A stretch of DNA of 64,000 nucleotides from Entomortierella parvispora E1425. Lineage: Eukaryota > Fungi > Mortierellomycota. The notes beneath the pieces are model-generated. The model was given only the letters and a program-made list of their open reading frames with translations, was not told where the DNA came from and ran no database searches. The DNA lies in the NCBI GenBank assembly GCA_020891255.1, contig BQFW01000006.1, positions 2,294,001 through 2,358,000 of the forward strand, in the 5' to 3' direction. Within the stretch, counting starts at the first letter, position 1; the number at the start of each line of letters is the position of its first letter. Below, in pieces: positions 36,608-49,749 of this stretch. A program made the translations under genes and the position numbers.

Positions 36608-37341
36608 GATCGGCCAAATAACAACACACAATTGATGACTTCAGCTATGCAGCACAGCAAAGAATGGCCCATTGTAAAAAGCACGATAGCAAATGAGTCC
36701 AGTCTGAACGGGCGGTGTTATCCAGGTCAAAATACTGCTGGTTTTTTTGCGACAGAATTCAACACGCTTTTGTGAGGTCATCAAAAGTTCATGGGGATAG
36801 GAAAGAAAAAAAGATTCTTTCCTCCTCATCGAGGGACAAGGCTCGGAGAGTAAAAAGAGTAAGAGTGGGGACACTCCTGACCTGGTCGCGTGGCGATGTA
36901 GGTTAGTCTGAATCATGGATCCAGGTCCAGTCAAAAACAAGCAAAAAGATGGAATCCCTGGGTGGGCCGTTGCAGAGACGCGGTGGAGTGCTCTGACCAC
37001 TTTTTTTTTGTTCAGTCACCACTTGTTTGCTGCACCTGATTCCCTGCCGCGCTGAGTAAGCTGTTCAACTGTTCAACCTCGACTGTTCTGAAAAACAAAG
37101 GGAGCAAGCGAAAGAGAGAGAGAGAGAGAAGAGAGAGAACAAAAACACGGAGATCTGCACAAATTGGTGGCGCAGAGTGACTGCACTGTGGCGTTTCTTT
37201 TGTCTGTAAATGAAATTGTTTGTCCAAACAAACAGAAGGACGCGTCGAGGAGTGTGCCGTGCCTGTGTGCCTGCGAACGAGAAAGGGCCCCTTGACTCGA
37301 CTGCCTGCCAGCCAGCCAGCCAACCACCTCGGACTGTCCCT

Positions 37342-37368
37342 GCCCTGTCTGCCCTGTCTGCCCTGTCT
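37342..37368. repeat. Tandem 9-mer (GCCCTGTCT)x3 and adjacent (GCCA)n in the MCM6 upstream region
   Basis: Direct reading of 37305-37371. Confidence 0.85.
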
Positions 37369-37528
37369 GCCTGCCTCTTTCCACGCCTGAAAGCTGAAAG
37401 CAAAGCATCTTCTTCTTTCCTTCAGTCTGCTGGCCTCACTCTTCATCCCCCCGTCCACTCTCTCTCTCTCTCTCTGCACCCACCCACCTCTCGCCTTTCC
37501 TCCCTCTACATACATTCATACTTCCACC

Positions 37529-40895
<3,367 letters not shown>

Positions 40896-41412
40896 AAAAG
40901 AAAAGGTCTAGCTTTACCCCCTATCCTCTAGTTTTATTGCGCCATGTTCAACACCACCATCATCACCAACCACTCCATACGAAAAAAAAAAAAAAAAGAG
41001 AAATTTCATAATAAAAACAAGCTGCACTCCATTTCATTTCAATCAGAGCAGGGAAAAATTGATTACTAAGGAATGCATCGACCTGCATTCGGCTTTTTGT
41101 TTTCTTGTGTCCATGTTGGACGGTCACATCATTACTACCCTGCAGGGAGCCATTGCTGCAGGAGATGTCGTCAATGTAGCCAAGGGACTCTTGCAATTCT
41201 TCCGAGCACTACTTTGACCGATGCTCTTGAGTCTAATGGCCCCTGCAACAGGAGAAACTGATGCATTTGCGTCGAGGGCTGTCCAGAGCAACAACATTGG
41301 CGTGAGAAAATGCCTCCCTTCAAACTCGAGCTTGTTGGACTGAAAGCAAAGGCATTCCAGAGAAAATTCCCACCATGCATCGCTCCCATGAGACCCCGAC
41401 ATTCACCCGGAC

Positions 41413-41614
41413 TGTTGTTGTTGTTGTTGTTGTCCGTTGGCGTGCATCTAAACGGCGGTTGGGAAAGGAGGAAGGGGGCTCGACCCCCTCAACCCAAGAC
41501 ATTGGCAGTAAAGCACGCGTATGCTGGAGTTTCCATTGACTGTCTAGAAGGGATGTCGAGAGGATTGACAAATCATGGCCATTGTTGACAACAACAACAA
41601 CAACAACAACAACA
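41413..41614. repeat. Inverted pair of trinucleotide microsatellites: (TGT)7 at 41413-41433 and (ACA)9 at 41588-41614
   Basis: Direct reading; the two tracts are reverse complements. Confidence 0.85.
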
Positions 41615-43074
41615 AAAAGGTGAACGGACGCGTGAGGTTGTGAGCAAGGGTAATGAGACTTGAGTTTGACGAAATTTCATTGTCCCGTCCCTGTTCGTTT
41701 TTCCGTCTGTCCGGACCCTGACGACCCTTGCTGACAGTGCAACGCAGGAAACGAAACACAAGGTTTTTGTTGTGATGTTTATTGGGGGCGATTTTTGTCC
41801 AGCTGTTGGGAACAACCATTGCTCGGATTGGATGAATATGGGAAATCGACGGGCATGTGCACGACAGGCAGTGAGCATGAGGGATATAGGCGAAGGGGGA
41901 AAGGAAAGGACGAGAAAGGAAGGTAAGAACACGTTTTGAGGGGAGCAAGAATAAACAAGAATAACGACATCCAACTCCCGGCGCAGAGTGAGGGGGAAGG
42001 AGGACAGCCTGGGGGAGGCAAAGGTGGTCTCCTTTTCCCTGCGACCGCAGCTGCCCGCCCATTGGCCATCGGCACTCTTTGCTGCATGTGCTTTGACTCT
42101 TCAGGCACGTCTTCTGATAGGTTACCGGCTCATGAGAGCCTTCGGGCAACATGGGATGGGTCAGTTTCGCGGAAGAAGAAAGATCCTCCTTCTATATGGG
42201 CTAGTTCCTTGTGGACAAAAGAAGACATGAATGGAAGTTCAATGATGAGAGTAGGGGTGAGAGTGAGGACATGACCCTGCCTGTGCTCACACGCCTTCGC
42301 ACTCACGCTGGATAAACCGCTCTCATTCAAACATAATCGTGGGGCTCTCAAGTCTTAACAGGGAAGTCCAAAGGGTCGCGCACTTGCGTGCTCCTTGCCC
42401 AATGGAGTAAAACTTTGGCACAAGGAGACTTTTTCGCAGGAGGACCCTTTCCCCGCCCTGTCTCCTTTTCGCCTGTACACAGGTAAAGTTCGCCTTTTTG
42501 TTGTTTTGCATCGTTTCTCGTGTTTGTTGGAGCGCTGCTGAGATTCTACTGCCTTTGCTCTCCTCCGATCGTTTGCTGCTCTCACCGTGTGTTGGTTGGT
42601 CATCCCCCCTTCCATAGGGTTGCCCTTTGTCTTGTGGTTCTGCTGGGAACATGTCGTGTTTGTGTTGTCCTTTTTGGGTTTTTTTTTTGGTTTTTTTTTT
42701 GCGTTCGATTGCAACTTTCTCGGTCACCTTTCATCATTCTCCCAAATTGTAGACTACTTTGCCTTCGATCCAATATTATTCTCCATTTCCTTCTCCCTCT
42801 TTTGCACTTGAATACTCATGTAAACAACAGAACAACGGTCGCCTCATCAAAGCCTAGACTGATGACTGGACCCAGTCGAAGGTAAGGTTCAATTGAGTTC
42901 GCAGGGTTCGCTACCTTGAAGGTGCCATTAGTGAAAACACGCGTTCTCGACAGATTGTATTGGCCGTTGGCAAAGGACGCATTAGTTCCTGCATTGACAC
43001 ACCCCTTCTTTTGAGGAACAATACATCGTCATCCTCAAGAGGATTGACAAACCTGGGAAACTAGCCATTTTTTG

Positions 43075-43082
43075 TATAAAAG
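43075..43082 (+). promoter_or_regulatory. TATA box (TATAAAAG) of the aspartic protease gene
   Basis: Consensus TATA about 100 bp upstream of ATG 43181, followed by a CT-rich leader. Confidence 0.65.
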
Positions 43083-43180
43083 GTGCCTGACATTTCCAGC
43101 TTTCCCTTCTTTTTTTTTTTTGTCCATCATCCACCTCTTCTCTTCTCTTCCTTCAAACCACCTCAACAACAACAACAGCA

Positions 43181-44350
43181 ATGGTCAACAAGATCCTTCC
43201 CATCCTGCTCTTGAGCGTCGCTTGCGCCTTTGCCGCCCCTACCCCTAAGGATGGCACCGTCAAGGCCACCCTCAAGCGCCCTGCCAACCCCGTCCAGCTC
43301 AAGGATGTCCACAACCGCGATGTGAGACGCTGGGCCAACTTGGCCACCGGAAGCTCCTCCTCCATCCCCGCCATCAACGCTGATGTCTCCTACTTGATCA
43401 CCGTTGGCTTGGGTACCCCAGCCCAGGATGTCGACCTCATCTTCGACACCGGTTCGTCCGATCTCTGGGTCCAGACCGCCAACTACAACCCCAAGTCCTC
43501 CTCGACCTCCAAGAACCTCGACGAGACCTGGACCATCGAGTACGGCTCTGGTGATGCCAGCGGTAAGGAGTACACCGACATTGCCACCATTGGCAGCTAC
43601 ACCTTCACCCAGGAGTTCGGTATTGCCTCCACTGCTGAGGGTTTCACTGGTGTCGACGGTCTCGTCGGATTCGGACCCGATGATCTCTCGGTCATCACCA
43701 ACAAGGGCGAGAACATCCCCACCCCCGTCGACAACCTTTACTCCTCTGGCCAGATCGGATCGGATGTCATTGGTGTCTACTTCCAGCCCATCACCGATGG
43801 CGGTTCCCAGGAGACCAACGGAGAGATCACCTTTGGAGGTGTCGACTCTACCAAGTACACTGGTGACATCACCTACGTTCCCATCACCACCGCCAGCCCC
43901 GCCAACGAGTACTGGGGTATTGATGTGAGCTCGGTCAAGTACGGCTCCACCTCGGTCACCAGCACCATCCACGGTATTGTTGACACCGGTACGACCTTGA
44001 TCCTCCTCTCCAGCACTGCTGTCAGCGCCTTGTACAAGAACATCTCTGGCGCCAAGCTCGACAACAACTCTGGCTTGTACACCATCCCCGCCTCTGAGGT
44101 CTCCAAGCTCGAGGACATCACCTTCACCATCGGTGGCACTGCCTTCACCTTGACCCCCTCCCAGTACCTCATCCCCGCCAACCAGGTCGCCAACTTGGGC
44201 GGTACCTCCGGCGACACCTACTCCTGGATCGGTTCCTTGGGTGACAACGAGTCTGGCTTGGCTTTCATTCTCGGACAGAAGTTCTTGGAGAACTTCTACT
44301 CTGTCTTTGACACCACCAACAGCCGTGTCGGTCTTGCCGTTGCTGCTTAA
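43181..44350 (+). CDS. Secreted pepsin-family (A1) aspartic protease, polyporopepsin-like, intronless
   Basis: Signal peptide, short propeptide, both catalytic motifs (IFDTGSSDLW; IVDTGTTL), flap EYGSG, C-terminal FYSVFD. Strong C-ending codon bias. Confidence 0.96.
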   Translation: MVNKILPILLLSVACAFAAPTPKDGTVKATLKRPANPVQLKDVHNRDVRRWANLATGSSSSIPAINADVSYLITVGLGTPAQDVDLIFDTGSSDLWVQTANYNPKSSSTSKNLDETWTIEYGSGDASGKEYTDIATIGSYTFTQEFGIASTAEGFTGVDGLVGFGPDDLSVITNKGENIPTPVDNLYSSGQIGSDVIGVYFQPITDGGSQETNGEITFGGVDSTKYTGDITYVPITTASPANEYWGIDVSSVKYGSTSVTSTIHGIVDTGTTLILLSSTAVSALYKNISGAKLDNNSGLYTIPASEVSKLEDITFTIGGTAFTLTPSQYLIPANQVANLGGTSGDTYSWIGSLGDNESGLAFILGQKFLENFYSVFDTTNSRVGLAVAA

Positions 44351-44829
44351 ATGCAAGAGCAACATTCGCGACAATGGGTACTGTCCGCAGCAGGAATTGT
44401 ATTTACGAGGGGGGGATGTTCCCCTGGACCCCCCTTCCCTTCCACATAGTGTACATACGTTTGGATCGCCTTCAAGCCGGCTTGGAGCAATAAAAAAAGT
44501 TACAAAAAAAAAAAAAAAAAAAAAAAACAATGGCCATGAAATTGGAGATTGAAGGAGGCTCAGCAATTTATCTTTCCAAACGCAATGCCGACTAGTTATG
44601 AAAATGAAGAACAAAATAGGATAAAGGCAAACATGGATGGTAGTCGCTGCTGCACCAGATAGGATCCACTCTTGACTTTGTTCGAAAACAGACTTGCAGT
44701 GACATGAGATAGAGTCAAGACGTTCAACTTTTTATGGGATATTACCAATGCAAAATGTGCAGCAAAATGAATGAAAAGAAGGAGGGGGTGGGGAAAAGGG
44801 AGGGAGAGACTTTATGAGTCATTCTATTT

Positions 44830-47169
44830 CTATGCAGCAGAGTGCCGCTTGGAGGGGTTTAACGACGATCGCCATCTTTGGAACCAGTCGCCCCTGAAGG
44901 ACGACGTAGCAGACCTCGATGGAGTCCGCACATGCTCACGACTGACAGGAGGAGAAGAGATTATAGCATTAGATGGCGTAACGGCCTCGTTTGGTAGAGG
45001 AGGCAAGGTCCTGTGGGTTTCTGGAGGGCGCAAGGGCAAAGGACGGTCGATAAAGACGTGCCTCGCATGCGCATCTGCAATCGGCGTCGCTGAAAGCGGT
45101 CGCCCATTGCTTCCGAGGCTATGTCTTCCTGAAGGCACTCGGATATCCGTGATCAATTGCAAGGGAGGCATCGCTGAAGGCGTACCCTCCTCCTGCTGAT
45201 CTTTGCTACTACTGTTGATACTCTCCTCTCGCCTGCTGGATAGACTCGTGTCCGCCAGCAACCGACGTGCTTCGCGCCTGGAGGACGAAGAGTCGGTGCG
45301 AGTGCGGTGTCGTCGAGTAGAATGGGGGGAGGGATGTGATCCTCCGGGGGATGTGGAGTCGGATGAAGACGATGAGGAAGGTTGAGTAGAGGCAGACGAC
45401 GATGAAGGTGAGGGGGTGGATACTGCCGACAGAGTGAATTTGGGTGCGAATGGCGGTCGAAAGACTTTGCTCAGGGCACGGAACCCCTTTGAAAATCTAG
45501 ACCGGGCATTTTTGAAAAACTTTTTCTTCTTCTTGTCTGCCTTTTCTTTGCGACCATTGTCGTTTCTGGGGCCATTGTCATCAGTGTCAGTTCCTGGTAA
45601 TGCAAAGTTCACTGTCGGGTGAATGATAAAAGCCGGCACAAGGTCATCGGGCACTGGAAGGAAGGGTGGGGGTGCTGGAGGACAGATTGCATCCAGGGGT
45701 CCATGACTGCTGCTGCTGCTACTGCTGCTACTGCCGTCTGCGCTGCTACCACCGTGGGATTCCGCAAGCTGCCTGAAATAAAAATAGTCTAGAAAGACCT
45801 CTTCCTCAAGCAGATCGCCCTCGCTGTCCATCTGATACTCGTGGTCTTTCATTGTTTCTGGTCGATCCTGCCTCTCTTTGTCATCAACAGGAAGAGAGTC
45901 GACGTCCGACAGATCGGAATCCAGGTCGGCTGCTTCTGTGTACGCCCACGAGGGTGAGGGAGCTGCGGCGATGGGCGAGGGTGTCTGTTCAGTTGGGGTG
46001 AACAAGGGTGCTGACCGCCGATGTCCCTTGACAAAGCTGTGGCCACCTCCAGCGCCGGGCCAGCCCTGACGCTGTCGTTGGTGAGTAGCGGAAGCTTGTG
46101 TTCCGGGTCTAATGTTTGTGTCTGTTGTTGTCATTGTTGTTGTGGAGCCATAGGAGGTGTTTGGTACGTGGATCGCGTGTGATTCGCGCTCGTGGTGGAC
46201 CAAGGGTCGCACAATGGGGGGACGAGAGCCTTCTTCTCCTATCCTGCCCCTGTGGTCTCTCCCCCCTGACAAAGTCTCTTCGGCAATGATGGCCGCGGTG
46301 GAGGGTTCCATGAACCAGCGGTCAATTTCCTGCAGACCACGACGGTTTGAAAGGGGCGATGAATGACTGCATCCATGGCCGCGTCCCGTCCTGTCGCCAT
46401 GGCCGCCATTGTGACCGGTGCTACTGAAACTCCAGTGGCTCTTTGGGTCACCATCCTGGGGCGGTGTGGGCGCAGTCCTATGTTGAGCGGCCTCTGTAGT
46501 TGTGTGATGGTCCAGCATTTGGAATAGGACATCGTCCAAGGGTCGTCGTGTGCTCTTGGATGGTGTGGGAGATGAGGACGGGGAGGAGGAGGGATAGGTG
46601 GCGGCAGTCAAAGCGGTGGTCGTTCCTTGACACCATGGCAACATTCTTTGGCCAGTACCTCTCTCCCATGGAGTCTGCCATGTATCTTCATCCTCACTGT
46701 CTATTGTTTGCGATCCCGGCGTGGGATTTGAATCCAGAGGGACGTCCGTTCCTTGGGCCCGCCTTCGAATGATGGAGGTCGGAAAAGAGGTGGGACGAGA
46801 TCTTGACCCTGCAGGGGCAGGGGCATGAATCGGATGGCTTTCCATCTCGGGACGACCCTCACTGTCCAGTGCAAATCGGACTCTACGAGCTGTTACTGTT
46901 TTGGGAGGAAGGAGAACCAACGACTTTTTGTTTTGGATACCGTCGTCGTCCCTCCCACAGTCGTCTTTGCCATTGTCCTCAACCTTGTTCTTGTTGTGGT
47001 TGTCCCTGAAGGGTGCGTTCTCTTCTTCTTTTTCTTCGTCGTCTTCGTCTTTGTCTTTATCTCCCCCTTGGTAAAAGTCTGTGTCGTCTTCATCGTCCTC
47101 TTCGCTCTCGTCCTTGTGCTTGTCCTCAATGGGTGGTGGGCCAGACGCTTTGTTATCGTCGGAAAGCAT
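44830..47169 (-). CDS. Hypothetical intrinsically disordered protein (~780 aa, intronless)
   Basis: 2.3-kb open frame from MLSDDNK with acidic, Ser-rich and basic low-complexity blocks, preceded by a long pyrimidine-rich leader. Confidence 0.7.
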   Translation of the reverse strand: MLSDDNKASGPPPIEDKHKDESEEDDEDDTDFYQGGDKDKDEDDEEKEEENAPFRDNHNKNKVEDNGKDDCGRDDDGIQNKKSLVLLPPKTVTARRVRFALDSEGRPEMESHPIHAPAPAGSRSRPTSFPTSIIRRRAQGTDVPLDSNPTPGSQTIDSEDEDTWQTPWERGTGQRMLPWCQGTTTALTAATYPSSSPSSSPTPSKSTRRPLDDVLFQMLDHHTTTEAAQHRTAPTPPQDGDPKSHWSFSSTGHNGGHGDRTGRGHGCSHSSPLSNRRGLQEIDRWFMEPSTAAIIAEETLSGGRDHRGRIGEEGSRPPIVRPLVHHERESHAIHVPNTSYGSTTTMTTTDTNIRPGTQASATHQRQRQGWPGAGGGHSFVKGHRRSAPLFTPTEQTPSPIAAAPSPSWAYTEAADLDSDLSDVDSLPVDDKERQDRPETMKDHEYQMDSEGDLLEEEVFLDYFYFRQLAESHGGSSADGSSSSSSSSSHGPLDAICPPAPPPFLPVPDDLVPAFIIHPTVNFALPGTDTDDNGPRNDNGRKEKADKKKKKFFKNARSRFSKGFRALSKVFRPPFAPKFTLSAVSTPSPSSSSASTQPSSSSSSDSTSPGGSHPSPHSTRRHRTRTDSSSSRREARRLLADTSLSSRREESINSSSKDQQEEGTPSAMPPLQLITDIRVPSGRHSLGSNGRPLSATPIADAHARHVFIDRPLPLRPPETHRTLPPLPNEAVTPSNAIISSPPVSREHVRTPSRSATSSFRGDWFQRWRSSLNPSKRHSAA

Positions 47170-48126
47170 GGGAAGGTTCAACAAGCAGAAAGCAAAAAAA
47201 AAAAAAAAAATCACGAACACAAGAACGTCAAGATTTTTTTTTTTTTTTTGTGCTTTGTTTTCTTTTTTCTCTCTTTCGAGGCGTTTAGCAAAATATGGTG
47301 GACTCTTTTTTTTTTTTTTTTTGGGAGTCTCGCACTGATCTAAGGGGCTTCAAGGGAGTGAGAGAGAGATAGAGAGAGAAAGAGAATAAACCCGTAAAGA
47401 GACGGACGGAATTTGATGGGTGGTTGACTGGAAGGTTAGGGTGATAGTTGGTGGTGGTGGTGCAAAGTTGAGCGAGGGGGTGGTAGGATAGCAAAGAGAG
47501 AAAATTGTTGTTTAAATGAAAGAAAAAAGAGAGAGCGAGAGAGCGAGGAAAAGAGGGGAGAAAGAGAAAGAGAGAGAGCTGCCTGTGAGGTAAGAAAGGG
47601 GCTCTGGGGATTGGGATTGTCCATTTATTTTTATATCACTTTTGAGGGTTGCAGCAGGCAGGGTGGACTTTGGGTGGGCAAGGTAGGTTGGGGAGGGTCC
47701 AACTCTCCCTTAGGCCGACCTGAAATCACCCGGCTTTATTTGGGAGGACTTGACAGCCATTCCTGACGTCTATCAACCAAAAAAAAAGGGACGAGAACAC
47801 GGAGACGGAGAGATATCGACCTGGGAGGGTCGCCGGGGAAGCCGTCAAAGACGCGTCTAAGCAATTGAGGGTGTTGTCTGTGTGTGGTTTGCCCAGAAAG
47901 AGAAGGGAGGAGTAGATATGACAACGAAACGACAAAGGTGTCGTTACACAAAGTTGTCTTTCAGGGCAAAGGGAGAAACATGCACGTCCCAGATGCATCA
48001 AACAAGCGGATGGTTGGTCAATCTACAAAGATCTCTCCGTCTTGGTCACCCAGTCTATATGTATGCTTATTTTGGGCTGACCAAGGGAGTGCATCTCTCC
48101 CCCGTTCTACACACGGGTTTGATATT

Positions 48127-49476
48127 TTATTGAATCTTGACATCGCCCTCGTTCAGTTTCAAAAAGTGTGTGCAAGATTTCAACAGCCTGGCCGTGTTAC
48201 CAAGTCCTCTGCCAATAAAGACGACCTTGCCCGCTTGGTCTAATTCTCCCTGTTCCTGCTGGGCGGTTGCTTCCTTAACATCGTAGAGCTCTTGAACTCC
48301 CTGGATTACAATCTGTGTGCCTTCTGGCCGCTCCGATGGCCTAAGAATGCCTTTGACGCGCAGGATGTCCAGCTTTTGGGAAGGCGGCAAATAGGATGTG
48401 GCGGAAGGATGGTCAAGCTCGTCCAGGCTCAATTCTTCCTCAGGAATCTGATGCTCCCACAGCAGCATCTGCAACCAGTGTTCGAACAACTGCTGATCCA
48501 CTGTTGGGCAATAGAACGTCAACGTCCTGGTCTCGATAGATTCGTCCAGATGATTAGATGATGGTTTCCCTGCAACCGCATGCTCGTGCCCACATCCGTC
48601 TCCATGAACATGGTTTGGGTCGTCGTGAGCATGGTTGTCTCTGTATCCTTTAAGATGCAACTCTCCTTGCTCCAGCTCCTTGGCACGAACAGCATCAAAC
48701 GCGGCAATATCGAGTACAAAGTTCAGATCAACCTTTGAATGCTGAGTCCTGACGATCTGTGCCACGCCGTTCATGGCTCTACAGTCGGCCTCTAATTGAT
48801 CGACCTCCTCCTCGCTGATGAGGTCAGTCTTGTTCAGAATCAGTCGATCCGCCATGGCGATCTGCTTTGCCGTCTCGTTCAAGCTTCCGTCTTCCTTCTC
48901 GATTGCCAATTCCTTGCGGACGTTTTTTGAATCGACCAACGTCACGATGCCGTCCAGATAGATATCGCTGCCTAGATCATCATCCATCCAAAAGATGGAC
49001 GCGATGGGGCCTGGATCGGCCAAGCCAGTCGTCTCCAGTAGGATGTAATCAAACTTGCCCTTCTTCTTCATCAGGTTCTCGATCGCCAGGACGCCATTGT
49101 CCTTGACAGTGCAGCAGAGACAGCCGTTCTTTAACTCTAGCCACTCCTCAACGACTTCTCCTCCCATGCCAACGTTCATGGCCTGATCAATCCCGCCCGA
49201 GTCGCCAAACTCGTTCAGGATGACGGCCACCTTGAAGTTGTGCTTCTCTGTGAGGATGTAGTCGAGCAGCGTTGACTTGCCAGATCCAAGGAACCCAGTG
49301 ATGATGGTGATAGGGATTTTTTTCGTGGGGCGCGAGTCGGCTGCGGACACGGCAGAAGCTGCAGTCTCGCCCACTTCTGGGACAAGGTCTGGAATATCGT
49401 CGTCAATGTCACTTCCGAGTTCCTGTGTATCCTGGGCTACAGCCAAGGGCGGGCAATCGTCGTCAGAGTTGCTCAT
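48127..49476 (-). CDS. ZNG1: COG0523/CobW-family Zn-regulated GTPase metallochaperone (449 aa, intronless)
   Basis: GFLGSGKST, NEFG, GCLCC (CxCC), ETTGLADP, NKTD, His-rich linker, CobW C-terminal domain (ILRVKG...QGV). Confidence 0.95.
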   Translation of the reverse strand: MSNSDDDCPPLAVAQDTQELGSDIDDDIPDLVPEVGETAASAVSAADSRPTKKIPITIITGFLGSGKSTLLDYILTEKHNFKVAVILNEFGDSGGIDQAMNVGMGGEVVEEWLELKNGCLCCTVKDNGVLAIENLMKKKGKFDYILLETTGLADPGPIASIFWMDDDLGSDIYLDGIVTLVDSKNVRKELAIEKEDGSLNETAKQIAMADRLILNKTDLISEEEVDQLEADCRAMNGVAQIVRTQHSKVDLNFVLDIAAFDAVRAKELEQGELHLKGYRDNHAHDDPNHVHGDGCGHEHAVAGKPSSNHLDESIETRTLTFYCPTVDQQLFEHWLQMLLWEHQIPEEELSLDELDHPSATSYLPPSQKLDILRVKGILRPSERPEGTQIVIQGVQELYDVKEATAQQEQGELDQAGKVVFIGRGLGNTARLLKSCTHFLKLNEGDVKIQ

Positions 49477-49563
49477 GTTGCTGTCAATGTGCGGTGAAGA
49501 ATGAAAGAAGCAAAGCCATGCACGAATGGCACTATTTGCCTCGGTCTCACTCACAGCGTCATG

Positions 49564-49591
49564 GCACGTGACACTCGATCTGATCACGTGC
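49564..49591. promoter_or_regulatory. Inverted pair of RTCACGTG E-boxes in the ZNG1/NELFCD bidirectional promoter
   Basis: GCACGTGA (49564-49571), 12-bp spacer, TCACGTGC (49584-49591). Confidence 0.5.
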
Positions 49592-49749
49592 AATATGCAT
49601 TTGGCTTTTTGATCATGCCTCCCAGCACTGTTGCCATCGCCACCAACCAAAGCAACCTCAACCCCCTGGACGAAGCAAGGCCTTGTCATTCTTGTCATTC
49701 TTCTATCGACCACAGAGGCAAAGACAGGATCAACAACACTCAATTCACC

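Noticed and set aside
37240-37245. MCB element (ACGCGT) upstream of MCM6
   Set aside because: ACGCGT occurs about a dozen or more times across the window, near random expectation, so a single copy is uninformative.
43163-44614. 483-aa antisense ORF covering the whole protease gene
   Set aside because: It is in exact codon register with the sense CDS. Avoidance of TTA/CTA/TCA codons in a highly biased gene removes antisense stops, and the product resembles nothing.
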